From the NCBI GenBank assembly GCA_030867685.1, contig JAQOWU010000007.1:1302001-1366000 (forward strand): a DNA stretch of 64,000 nucleotides, in the 5' to 3' direction. A program made the translations under genes and the position numbers. Of this stretch, positions 21,577 to 31,600 are shown piece by piece. The DNA comes from Wickerhamiella versatilis (taxonomy: Eukaryota). The notes under the pieces were generated by a model, which worked only from the letters and a program-made list of their open reading frames with translations, was not told the DNA's origin and did not search any database. Within the stretch, counting starts at the first letter, position 1, and every line of letters starts with the position of its first letter.

Positions 21577-24573
21577 TTAACGTCTGTTGGGCGGAACCCA
21601 CTTACTTTGAGGCTTCTTGTCCACAGGCTTTGCATTGCCGAATGGATCCTTCGTGGGTACTGGTTTAGCCCCTCCAAATGGATCCTTTGTTGGCACTGGC
21701 TTCGCTCCTCCAAATGGATCCTTGGTGGGTACTGGTCTAGCCCCTCCAAATGGATCCTTTGTTGGTGCTGGTTTGGCTCCTCCAAATGGATCCTTAGTAG
21801 GTGCTGGTTTGGCTCCTCCAAATGGATCTCTAGTAGGTGCTGGTTTGGCTCCTCCAAATGGATCCTTTGTTGCTGTTGGTTTGGCTCCTCCAAACGGATC
21901 CTTGGTGGGTACCGGCCTGGCGCCACCAAATGGATCCTTTGTTGCTGTTGGTTTGGCTCCTCCAAACGGATCCTTGGTGGGTACCGGCCTGGCGCCACCA
22001 AACGGATCCTTCGTGGCCACAGGCTTAGCACCGCCAAACGGACTAGCGGCTGGAGCAGGCTTAACATCATTAGTAGCAGCAGGTCTCGCGGCACCAAATG
22101 GACTTGGCTTCGCTGAGGGCGGAGGAAGTTCGTGTTCTTGACGGATTGACGATGGAACGAACTTGTTGCGAGAAGTCTGGGCTAAACGCTCCTTTTCTTC
22201 CGCTTCTCGTTTGGCAGCTGCTTCTCGCTCTTCCTTGAGACGCGCTTCGCGCTCTTCGCGCTGTTGCTGTTCCTTCCTGATCTTCTCCTCATGTTCTTCG
22301 ATACGCTTGGCCTTAGCAGCACCTAATAGTTCTGCTTGCCTCTTCTCTTCGGATGCAACTCGCTCAGAGTTTTCGGTCTTAATTTCAGCCAAAAATGCAT
22401 GGAACGGGCTTGACAAACGTGTCAACCTTTCCCGTGCTTGAACGGCGTGATCATAACGTGAGCGAGCACCTGTCAAAAGAGCACGTTTGCGGGCTTCATA
22501 TGCCTCACGATCCCAACCCTCTTGTTGCTCAACCTCCTGAGACCATAGCTTCGCCTCCTCACGTCTCCACGCCCGAATGAGATGATCTTGTCTTCTCGCA
22601 ACAGACCGCATAGCCGATCTAAGATCCTTGGATTCCTTAGCCAGCTGTTGAACCTGCATCTCAAGAAGATCACGCTGAGACATTTTGTCCAAGCCATTCA
22701 TATCGACATGCACAATACCTTTGGCATTGATATCTTCAGCGAGTCGACGCTTGATCTCCATCTCAGCAGCTTTCTGCTCGCGCTCAATACGCTTAATCTC
22801 ACGCTCACGAGCCTCATTAGCTTGGCGAGCTGCTGCTGCTGCTTGCTCCCTGAGAGCATTTTCGTGGCGCTCACGAGCCTCTTGGCTTTCCGCTGCCTGC
22901 TGCTCCTTGGCTCTCTTCTCAGCACGCGCTCTCTCCGTTTCCTTGTTCCGAAGGAATGTCGAATTTTCAATGGCGAAGCCGCTCTTAACAGCCTGACTGA
23001 GTGCCTGAGCACGGTTATCCGCAATCTTCTTTGACTTGCTGTCAATCTCTGGCAGAACTTCAGACAAACAGGAATGAAGGGAGGAGAGTTGGTTCCGCAC
23101 AAGGTCACCAACCGGTGAAACGCCATCAAGTGCTTCTTGGAATACCACTGATCCAGTCGCATGATCTATGCGTACGTGGTGAGACCCGGAAACAAGAAGC
23201 TTTTCTATTTCGAGCGGCGATGCGGTAAAAGGGGCAGGAAGTGTCGCAAGCTCTATAACAAATGACAGTCGAGCCTCAGTATAGAGTTCCGAAATCTGAG
23301 TGAAAATACGAGATGCAAGTACGTGGAAGAGCGGCTTGATATATGACTGGTAAGACTTCACTTTAGCAATCTCAGCAGACACAGGTCCCAACTTTTTATT
23401 GAGCTCAAGAACATTAAAGTGGCTCAGTACTTCGTATAGTCGGCATATTTCGGGTCTTGCGTACATCAAAACGTTTTTGGCCAATGCTTGCTCCAGAAGC
23501 TCACTGCGTTTCGGTACCTGTCCCAAATTGAGAAGAGAAGCCCAGCGATGAGCACGAGGGGACTCTTCAGATGTGTCTTTATCAGAAATACACAGAACAC
23601 TCAATAAGAAAAAGGAAGCTATACGTTGCAGTTCACCCTCTGGCGCGGAGTGACGAGCATTGTACACCATAGAATAGTATTTAGACCAAGCCGCAGCGTG
23701 ATAAAGATAATTATTGCTGACAGCAAAAACCTTTGCCAATGTCTCGTAGTAAGTGGCCTTGTTAGATATGCGGATTGGGTGACGCGAGGCTGTCAAAAGA
23801 GTATGAACATCCTCAACTGACCTGAAGGCCTCTTGCCAGAGCTCCAGCTTAACTGCGACAGTTAACTGCTCGAAACGAGTATCGAGGAAACGTTGCAATG
23901 TTTGAGGATCATTCAAGTTTATCTGGTTAGGAACTGTCGAACCTCCACGAGCAGCATAGCTCAGATGAGTGCGCAACATCTCACAAAGACGGCGAAACTC
24001 GGTTTTGCGACCATAACGCAGACAAAACTGGAAGGCCCGTCTGGTAACCTGTGCATACTGGGTTTCCAACTGGCTGTTGTTTCGCAGAACATCGAGAACT
24101 GTCCTGTAACCCTCCCAAAGAAATTTTAACCATGGTGTCACCACCTCACGGTCCGTCCGGTCTTTAGTCTGCTCAGATGACACTGTTGCCATAAGAAGAT
24201 CCTGAGGGGTTTGTTCCGCTTCCAAATCGTCATCTATGAGCTCGTCAGCTGCCTGTTGAGCCTCTCCAACGCGCTTTTCACTGAGCTCAAGCAAGTGTTC
24301 TATCACAGCTATAAGAGCCGTACTATTAGTAGGTGTAACAAGCTTCTTATACTGGTGCAATCCATCCTTCAGAACCTTGCCTTTACGCTGCTGCACAGCA
24401 AGTTCAGCAAAACGCTGAACTACTGGCTCAAGATTGGGAACAGATAACGCACGCGTACGTTTTGAGAGTAAAGTTTCATATAACATGTCAAGCGCTGCAG
24501 ACTGCTTTTCCATACCTACAAGCTCATCTGCCCGCTTGAGCACATTCTCTGGTCTCACTACGATCGGAGGCAT
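21577..24573 (-). CDS. RPG1: Translation initiation factor eIF3 subunit a
   Basis: RPENVLKRADEL, TPWLKFLWEGYR, LELWQEAFRSVED, PCI domain, long coiled-coil, repeat-rich C-terminal tail. Confidence 0.96.
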   Translation of the reverse strand: MPPIVVRPENVLKRADELVGMEKQSAALDMLYETLLSKRTRALSVPNLEPVVQRFAELAVQQRKGKVLKDGLHQYKKLVTPTNSTALIAVIEHLLELSEKRVGEAQQAADELIDDDLEAEQTPQDLLMATVSSEQTKDRTDREVVTPWLKFLWEGYRTVLDVLRNNSQLETQYAQVTRRAFQFCLRYGRKTEFRRLCEMLRTHLSYAARGGSTVPNQINLNDPQTLQRFLDTRFEQLTVAVKLELWQEAFRSVEDVHTLLTASRHPIRISNKATYYETLAKVFAVSNNYLYHAAAWSKYYSMVYNARHSAPEGELQRIASFFLLSVLCISDKDTSEESPRAHRWASLLNLGQVPKRSELLEQALAKNVLMYARPEICRLYEVLSHFNVLELNKKLGPVSAEIAKVKSYQSYIKPLFHVLASRIFTQISELYTEARLSFVIELATLPAPFTASPLEIEKLLVSGSHHVRIDHATGSVVFQEALDGVSPVGDLVRNQLSSLHSCLSEVLPEIDSKSKKIADNRAQALSQAVKSGFAIENSTFLRNKETERARAEKRAKEQQAAESQEARERHENALREQAAAAARQANEAREREIKRIEREQKAAEMEIKRRLAEDINAKGIVHVDMNGLDKMSQRDLLEMQVQQLAKESKDLRSAMRSVARRQDHLIRAWRREEAKLWSQEVEQQEGWDREAYEARKRALLTGARSRYDHAVQARERLTRLSSPFHAFLAEIKTENSERVASEEKRQAELLGAAKAKRIEEHEEKIRKEQQQREEREARLKEEREAAAKREAEEKERLAQTSRNKFVPSSIRQEHELPPPSAKPSPFGAARPAATNDVKPAPAASPFGGAKPVATKDPFGGARPVPTKDPFGGAKPTATKDPFGGARPVPTKDPFGGAKPTATKDPFGGAKPAPTRDPFGGAKPAPTKDPFGGAKPAPTKDPFGGARPVPTKDPFGGAKPVPTKDPFGGAKPVPTKDPFGNAKPVDKKPQSKWVPPNRR
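21618..22101 (-). repeat. Coding 36-bp minisatellite (KDPFGGAKPVPT units) in the eIF3a tail
   Basis: 11 tandem [KR]DPFG units plus two upstream SPFG variants; GGATCC-like sequence recurs every 36 bp. Confidence 0.95.
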
Positions 24574-24808
24574 CGCAGTTTTTCAGCTTAGTCAGAATGA
24601 CATGTACTCCATAGCTGTTAGAATGTTGTGCCTTTTGATCATACAAAGTCTTTACGCGCCATCCTTCCCAAATACCTTTACATGTGTCATATTCACTAAA
24701 ATTATCACATTATGTTATAAATTTTGCCTCCCTTCGAAATTCATCGTCATTTAATTTAACCGTGCTTTTGTTTGGTTATATAAGCATGCACGTCTGCATG
24801 TGAACAAA

Positions 24809-25363
24809 ATGGACGATCCTTTACCCGATAATTTTGACGCTGCTTACAGGTGGTTCTGTTCTCAGTTGCACGAAATTAATTTTGAGGAGCCTCCTCTTCT
24901 TGACGAGCAGGAAAATGAAGTCTTCAGCAATTTTTTTGATAAAGTTTTGGTTGAACCACAACCTTCCCCTATGCCCCTCTTCGGCCTGAATGGCCCAACT
25001 GAGCCCTTTATGGGAACTATTGAACACCAAGAGGGTCCAATGGGTCTTTCACGAGGCACACCTGAAAGAAGACGAGATATTATGACAGCGGATCAAGTTA
25101 AGCACAATCATTTGGTCAGCGAACGGCGGCGGCGCGACCATGTCAAGTCTCAATTTGACGAGATACGTTCATTGATACCCTCCCTCCAATCAGATGCGAC
25201 TCTACCACGGTCAACTATCCTCCGACGAATACATGATTATATCCTAGAAATTGCTGATCAAAATCGAGAAATAAGAAGGAGATTGGAGGCAATAGATGTT
25301 GATACATCTGAGATAAAGCCCTTCAAACCTTCATCCCCTTTGCCAGACAGTAGCTCCAGCTGA
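24809..25363 (+). CDS. bHLH transcription factor, Ino2/Ino4 (Yas2-like) type
   Basis: HNHLVSERRRRDHVKSQFDEIRSLIP...RSTILRRIHDYI bHLH; N-terminal PPLLDEQENEVFSNFFD activation-like motif; ATG at 24809. Confidence 0.72.
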   Translation: MDDPLPDNFDAAYRWFCSQLHEINFEEPPLLDEQENEVFSNFFDKVLVEPQPSPMPLFGLNGPTEPFMGTIEHQEGPMGLSRGTPERRRDIMTADQVKHNHLVSERRRRDHVKSQFDEIRSLIPSLQSDATLPRSTILRRIHDYILEIADQNREIRRRLEAIDVDTSEIKPFKPSSPLPDSSSS

Positions 25364-25435
25364 TATACACTAATACAAAAGCTACTGGTACTGGTATTAG
25401 TACTTAAACTATATTCCAATAATTTATGGCACAAA

Positions 25436-26998
25436 TCATGGGAGCATTTTCAGCTGATTGGATGCCTCCCATGCAACACTTCGTGCGTCTTCAAGAACTT
25501 GCGGAGGCCCTTCAACCACCAGCAGAGCGTGTCGTCTAGCAGCCTCCCAATCTTTATTTTTTAGACAATTCCTGGCAAGCCAAAGTCTTGACCGTGGCTG
25601 CCACTCAGATTCTTCGGGATCATGCGTTGCTTCTTCCATATGATTGATGGCTTTTTGCATACGTTCCAATTTTTCATAGGTCAAGCCAAGCTTATGACTT
25701 AAAAACGCATCTTGACCTGCTACCCGTAGCCCCTGCTCATACATCATGGCCGCATCATCTAGTTGGCCCAATTGCTCATGACAGCTGCCAGCAGCTGTCC
25801 ACATGCGAGGATCCATAGGTCTCAACCCTAGTGCACGCTGATAGTAATAGAGTCCATAATGGCAGTTACCAAGAACTTCATACGCTTGACCAAGGCCATA
25901 CCAAGCTCTGAAATCACGGGGGCTCAAGTCCACGGCGGCACGATAGCTTTCTATGGCAGCATGCGTGTTTTTCAGCTCAATATATTCATGACCCATTAAG
26001 GTCCATGCAGATAGATAATCCCGATTGAGGGTAAGCGCTCGCTGGTAGAAGGACACCGCACGTTCATGCTCGCCCTTTAAAGAGTACCAGTTTGCAATTA
26101 TACAGCATGTTTCGGCACGATAACGATCAACCTTGATAGCCGCTTGCGCAATATAAGCCAGCTTATCTCTTTCCTCATTGATATAAAGCATATTTGAATA
26201 GACATCCATTTCATCAAGACGTGTAGGATCCTCCTTGAAAAGCTCCTCAAATAGCTGGCGGGCTCGTGTTTCTTCAAAGTCAGACATTGCCACCAGGGCT
26301 TCCTGCAGCTTCACAAAATAAAATTGGGGGAAAATCTGCCGGAGCACAAGGATGTCGTCAATTACATCGTTACCCGGCCGGTTGTATTCTTTCGCACATG
26401 TGATATTAAAAAATCGTAGCATCAACTGAAAATCTTCTGTTTTCCCTGCTCCACTAAACAAACTCTGCGACTCTGTCCAGGAAGTAGTACACGAAACTAT
26501 TTCAAGCCAGGCCGACCAGTTAAAAGGATATAGCTCAACAGAGCTTACGAGGACCTTTAATGCCTCCTCGATTTGATTCTGGCGTCTGAGCACGCAAGCT
26601 TTAAGGTAGAGTAAATGAGGATCTTCCAAAACATTGTCTAACGCTGTTAGGATCTCCAGTAAATACGGGTTCGGGCTTCGAGACCCCAAAAAGAGATCTT
26701 GTTGAGCTTCCTCTGCCACAAGTTCACCATGTAAATAACGTGCATAATACTTAATGAAAACGCTTTCTGAATCCGCTGCGTCTTTTAATGATGAGTAGGC
26801 ACGCGCAACTTCGCGGTTCGATAGGTACCGCTTCGCACGGTGTGCCAGAGGACTCAAAATTGGAGGGGGGTGTGGAGCATACTCTAGTCCCGTACCAGTC
26901 GCTGCCTCAACCGCCCAACGTGCAGCTTGCTCAAGCCCGCGATTTCCAAGGTCCCAGGCGGCACGGTCTAACCTTTGAGCTAACGCTAAGGCGTCCAT
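25436..26998 (-). CDS. CDC23: APC/C subunit Cdc23/Apc8
   Basis: RGLEQAARWAVE, YPFNWSAWLE, AWTLMGHEYIELKNTHAAIESYR, DFRAWYGLGQAYE TPRs. Confidence 0.96.
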   Translation of the reverse strand: MDALALAQRLDRAAWDLGNRGLEQAARWAVEAATGTGLEYAPHPPPILSPLAHRAKRYLSNREVARAYSSLKDAADSESVFIKYYARYLHGELVAEEAQQDLFLGSRSPNPYLLEILTALDNVLEDPHLLYLKACVLRRQNQIEEALKVLVSSVELYPFNWSAWLEIVSCTTSWTESQSLFSGAGKTEDFQLMLRFFNITCAKEYNRPGNDVIDDILVLRQIFPQFYFVKLQEALVAMSDFEETRARQLFEELFKEDPTRLDEMDVYSNMLYINEERDKLAYIAQAAIKVDRYRAETCCIIANWYSLKGEHERAVSFYQRALTLNRDYLSAWTLMGHEYIELKNTHAAIESYRAAVDLSPRDFRAWYGLGQAYEVLGNCHYGLYYYQRALGLRPMDPRMWTAAGSCHEQLGQLDDAAMMYEQGLRVAGQDAFLSHKLGLTYEKLERMQKAINHMEEATHDPEESEWQPRSRLWLARNCLKNKDWEAARRHALLVVEGPPQVLEDARSVAWEASNQLKMLP

Positions 26999-27349
26999 TA
27001 GCTAAGAGAGCAGGGCGCTGGCACAAACAGCCCCACAAAACGAGAAATTCGGCGATTCGTCAAATTTTGGCAGCCAAAAGCGTTTGTATCTGTGTTACTC
27101 TCGTGTAATGGTGACACATAAGTATATGCTGGTGTTTTCAGTTTTTGAAACTTAAATTACGAAATTACCGATAGGAGGGAATCTTATCTGAATGAAATGC
27201 AATGCTTCCACTGTGCCATTCTCCAATAATATACCTTCAAGTAGTCCCCAGAGACTTATCGTATACCTCCTGTCTGGTGGAGATGGTTTTGGTACTATCC
27301 TGTTCCGTCCTGTCCCTAACCCAAAATCATCTGCGCATAACGGAAATCA

Positions 27350-27766
27350 ATGGAGTGTACAGATGAGCCCACAACAGGAACCACACAACAGATTTCGTTT
27401 GAAGCACCATTCAATTCCAGAACCGATGATGATTTGTCCGATCCACGCCGTCCACCTCCAACATTGGCAAGCGACTATGCGCCTCCAATGCTCACACATG
27501 ATGCAGGTTCACGATATTCATGCGATCTGAGAAATTGCTTCGGCTGCTTGTCATGGATAAGGGATAAGTCGTGCTTTCCGACTAAACAACTGGAATCACC
27601 AACTCCCTGGATAGAACCACCGGGTAGTCCGTCAGGATCTTGGGCATGGCTAGATGCTCGCAAAAAACAAGTTGTTAATTGCAAGACGGGAATCAAGCGC
27701 ATTTATTGTGACAATTTCACCGGAGATACTAATCCGCAGAGAAAGAAACGTGCTCTAGAAAAGTAA
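27350..27766 (+). CDS. Hypothetical orphan protein (138 aa)
   Basis: ATG-initiated ORF only; no recognisable domain. Confidence 0.3.
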   Translation: MECTDEPTTGTTQQISFEAPFNSRTDDDLSDPRRPPPTLASDYAPPMLTHDAGSRYSCDLRNCFGCLSWIRDKSCFPTKQLESPTPWIEPPGSPSGSWAWLDARKKQVVNCKTGIKRIYCDNFTGDTNPQRKKRALEK

Positions 27767-27855
27767 ATCTATCGATAAACGCCCTAGCCCTGGGACCACA
27801 ATGTAGTGATTATTAGTAACCGTCTCGACCACTCGAGCGCAGTAACGTTATTATC

Positions 27856-28404
27856 ATGGATTCGAGTGTGCGCGCAAAAGAGGCACAAAACGCCGGATGT
27901 CAATCACAGTTATCAAATGCCTTTGGAACCGTGTTAAAGTCGATTTCCTCGCAATTGAGCTCTTCAGCTGGAACAATATCGAAGAACATAAGTAATGCGC
28001 TTTCGCAGACCCTGCCCGAGATTTTTTCGAAAGCCAATATCACAAAATGCCTCAATTGTACCTCACAAAAGATTGAAGATGACTTGGATGGTGACCAGTC
28101 AGACTGCGGAGGGAATAAAAAGAAGAAGAAGAAGACCTCTGCCCCAAGCAAGGATACGAAGAGGAAAATAACTGTGCCTGGAAAGGAGAAGAGCTCAAAG
28201 GATAAAAATGACTCAAGTGACGATAAAAAATCGCCGGATGACCAAAATGGCAGTGACGAGGAATCCTTCTTAGACTACCCCTCGAAATTTGACAAGTCCA
28301 AGAGCTACTCACCGCCTAAAGGCCATACCGACGCCCTGCGTAAAAGATGGTCTCTGAGAAGTCAGCAGAAAGACACCGTAAAGAATCACTGGAGTCATAA
28401 ATAA
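27856..28404 (+). CDS. Hypothetical Lys/Asp/Ser-rich orphan protein (182 aa)
   Basis: ATG ORF with low-complexity charged C-terminal half, followed by AATAAA-rich 3' region. Confidence 0.45.
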   Translation: MDSSVRAKEAQNAGCQSQLSNAFGTVLKSISSQLSSSAGTISKNISNALSQTLPEIFSKANITKCLNCTSQKIEDDLDGDQSDCGGNKKKKKKTSAPSKDTKRKITVPGKEKSSKDKNDSSDDKKSPDDQNGSDEESFLDYPSKFDKSKSYSPPKGHTDALRKRWSLRSQQKDTVKNHWSHK

Positions 28405-28604
28405 TAAAATAAATATTGTAATATATAAACGTGTTTCTTTTATACGCCATTCTACGCATGCTCATGCATGATTAACTTCGAGTAGTCACCGAAACTGTCA
28501 CGAAATCAATAAGAAAGCTGATAATTTCAAGAATTTATTACAAAATACAGGTTAAAACTATTATTAGAACTAAAATACAGGCTCTTGATCGAAAACAACC
28601 CTCC

Positions 28605-31600
28605 TTAAACAAGGAGCAGGCCCAGTATCAAAACATACTTGAGATTGGTTGTTGGGATACGCAGTTTTCCAGCTGCATTAGCAATTTCTGGGATACCAGA
28701 ACCACTACCAGTAGACATTGGTTCTTGAGAGGCAACAGGGAGCTGAGAGGCTGTTGAGTAGCTGAGACTGGGACTGGGACTAGGCTCTGGATTGGGACTA
28801 CCACTTGAGCAGGGCTGCAACGAAGTTATGGTGATAGTAGTACCAGATAGTTCTTTTTTCACCACGGTTGAACATCCACTCTCACTTTCAGGGCAGTCAA
28901 TGGGAGAGGTTATGGTCTTTGTTTGTCCGTCTCCGGTTATAGTCTTTGTAGTGGAGCAGCCTTGTGGAGATGGCTTCTCAGTTTCACCACTGTAAGTTGG
29001 AGGTGCCTGACCTGAACTGGGGGAATCACTACCTTGCAGGGCTGTAGTTGATGCAGGGGGGAAGTTTGCATTCGATTCATGGGCAGACGATTGCGGTTGA
29101 CTGACTTCAGCCGAAGTGATTGGAACAGATTCACTGAAATTCGGGATATTTGAGCTGCCTGGCAATAGAGTACCTCCCTCAGATAAAGGTTTAGGTGTAG
29201 CGGCGAAAGAAGCACTTGCTGGAGCAGCGGGTGATCCTGACTCAATCTGTCCGGGAGAGCTCTGTGCTGTTGGATTGGACACTTCAGACACATCCTCTGG
29301 GGAAGCCTCTGCACTCGATGGTGTTACATGCGGATAAGTTGTGGTCAGCGTGCAGGGACAGTCGGAGATGGTCAACGTGGTTGGCTGCGTAATTGTCCAA
29401 GTCTTACCATTAGTACCAAATGTGGTCGGGGTCGAGAAAGAGGCAACGTAAGAGCTCACTACGACAGTACTAGTGGTACTTGCGACTGTGGGTTCAGCTA
29501 ATCCAGTAGGGGTTGATGGGGTCCTACTTGGATTCTCAGCAGTCTCCTGCGAAACAGATGGGAGATTCGAAATTTCTGAACTGCAAGGAACTGTGAAAGT
29601 ATCAACAATGCTGGTAGTAATGCCTGAAAGGGTCAGTGTAGATGTTATTGTTTGTGGCATACTGCATTGACCTGAAGTGGTAGGTGTGACCGTCCAATAA
29701 CACGTTGTCACGTAGTGGCTTTCTCTGCAACTTTGGCTTGTACAAGGTATAGTCACTGTTGTAGTGCGTATGGATGGCTGTGAACTTCTAGTTGGGCTCA
29801 TAATAGTAGAAGCTTCGGGGCTTGACGCACCACTTCCACTTCCATTTCCACTTCCAGAAGTTCCAACTGGCGCTTCTTCGGTACTATCGGGTGGCGCAGT
29901 TCCAGTTGGTATACTCAGCGTAAATGATTCTGAGCCAATACCACTAGATGAGATTGGAGTTGAATTAGCTGCGTCCGCCGCTCCTGACCCTTTCATACTA
30001 CTTTCTGGGGATTCAGTGGGTACATTAGATGGAGCTACCCCTGAGCCAATGTTTCCAGTAATTGGATTTTCTCTACTATTACCAGTTGAGTATGGTGAAG
30101 AGCTATGAGTACCTGTCAACGTGCAAGGGCAGTTAGATACTGTCAAAGTAGTCGGCGACGAAATAGTCCAAGTCTGTCCATTGGTGCTAAAAGTGGTTGG
30201 TGTGGAAAACGAAGTGTGGAAACTAGACACAACAGTCTCTGTAGGTGATCCTAGAGGTGATTCACCACGGCCACTATTTTGTGATACTGGAGTAGCATTA
30301 ATATGGCTTGGTGTAGCACTTTCTATCTCCAATGCTTCACTCGCACTACTGTATGGTAGTGATGGTACCTGGCTGCGTAGGGTACAAGGACAGTCTGTAA
30401 CAGTAAGTGTAGTTGGTGATGAAACCGTCCATGTCTTCCCATTGGTACTAAACGTCGTCGGTGTGCTTATAGTCGTAAAGAAGCTAGACACCACAGTCTC
30501 AGTTGGAGTACCCGGTGGTGTTGGACCAACATTCGCTGCATCTCGTGATTCTGAGGATCCAATGTTGGATGCAACACTTTCTGAAGCTGAACCAGATCCA
30601 TTCGTTCCATTATAAGGCATTGATGGTACTGAGCTGGTCAATGTGCAGGGACAGTTTGTAACCGTCAGTGTAGTTGGTGATGAGACGGTCCATGTCTGTC
30701 CATTGGTACTAAACGTCGTCGGCGTGCTTATAGCCGTACAGAAACTAGTCACTACAGTCTCGCTTGGAGTACCTGGTGGTGTTGGGCCAACATTCCCTGC
30801 ATCTCGTGATTCTGAGGATCCAATGTTGGATGCAACACTTTCTGAAGCTGAACCAGATCCATTCGTCCCACTATATGGCATTGATGGTACTGAGCTGGTC
30901 AATGTGCAGGGACAGTTTGTAACCGTCAATGTAGTTGGTGATGAAACCGTCCATGTCTGCCCATTGGTACTAAACGTCGTCGGCGTGCTTATAGCCGTAC
31001 AGAAACTAGTCACCACAGTCTCGCTTGGAGTACCTGGTGGTGTTGGGCCAACATTCCCTGCATCTCGTGATTCTGAGGGTCCAATGCTGGATTCAATACT
31101 TTCTGAAGCTGAACCAGATCCATTTGTCCCACTATATGGCGTTGATGGTACTGAGCTAGTCAATGTGCAAGGGCAGTTTGTAACCGTCAGTGTAGTGGGC
31201 GAAGAGACGGTCCATGTCTGTCCGTTCGTACTGAAAGTAGTAGGTGTAGTTATAGCTGTATTAAAGCTTGATACTACAGTTTCAGTTGGTCCACTGACTG
31301 GTGTCGGTCCAACATTGGTCGCATTCCACAATCTTGAGGATTCAGTATTGGATTCAAAAATTTCCGTAGTTGGTATAGCCGTATGGAAGTTTGATACCAC
31401 AGTTTCAGTTGGTACACTGACTGGTGTCGGTCCAACATTTGTGGCATTCCACAATTTTGAGGATCCAATGTTGGATTCAATACTTTCTGAAGCTGAACCA
31501 GATCCATTCGTGCCATTATAAGGTGGTGATGGTACTGAGCTAGTCAATGTGCACGGACAGTTTGTAACCGTCAGTGTAGTGGGAGAAGAGACGGTCCATG

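Noticed and set aside
21618-22101. 36-bp periodic repeats superficially like a CRISPR array
   Set aside because: Units are contiguous with no unique spacers, they are in frame within eIF3a, the context is eukaryotic and there are no cas genes
21546-22141. Alternative-frame and antisense ORFs over the eIF3a repeats
   Set aside because: Open frames are a by-product of a stop-free tandem repeat
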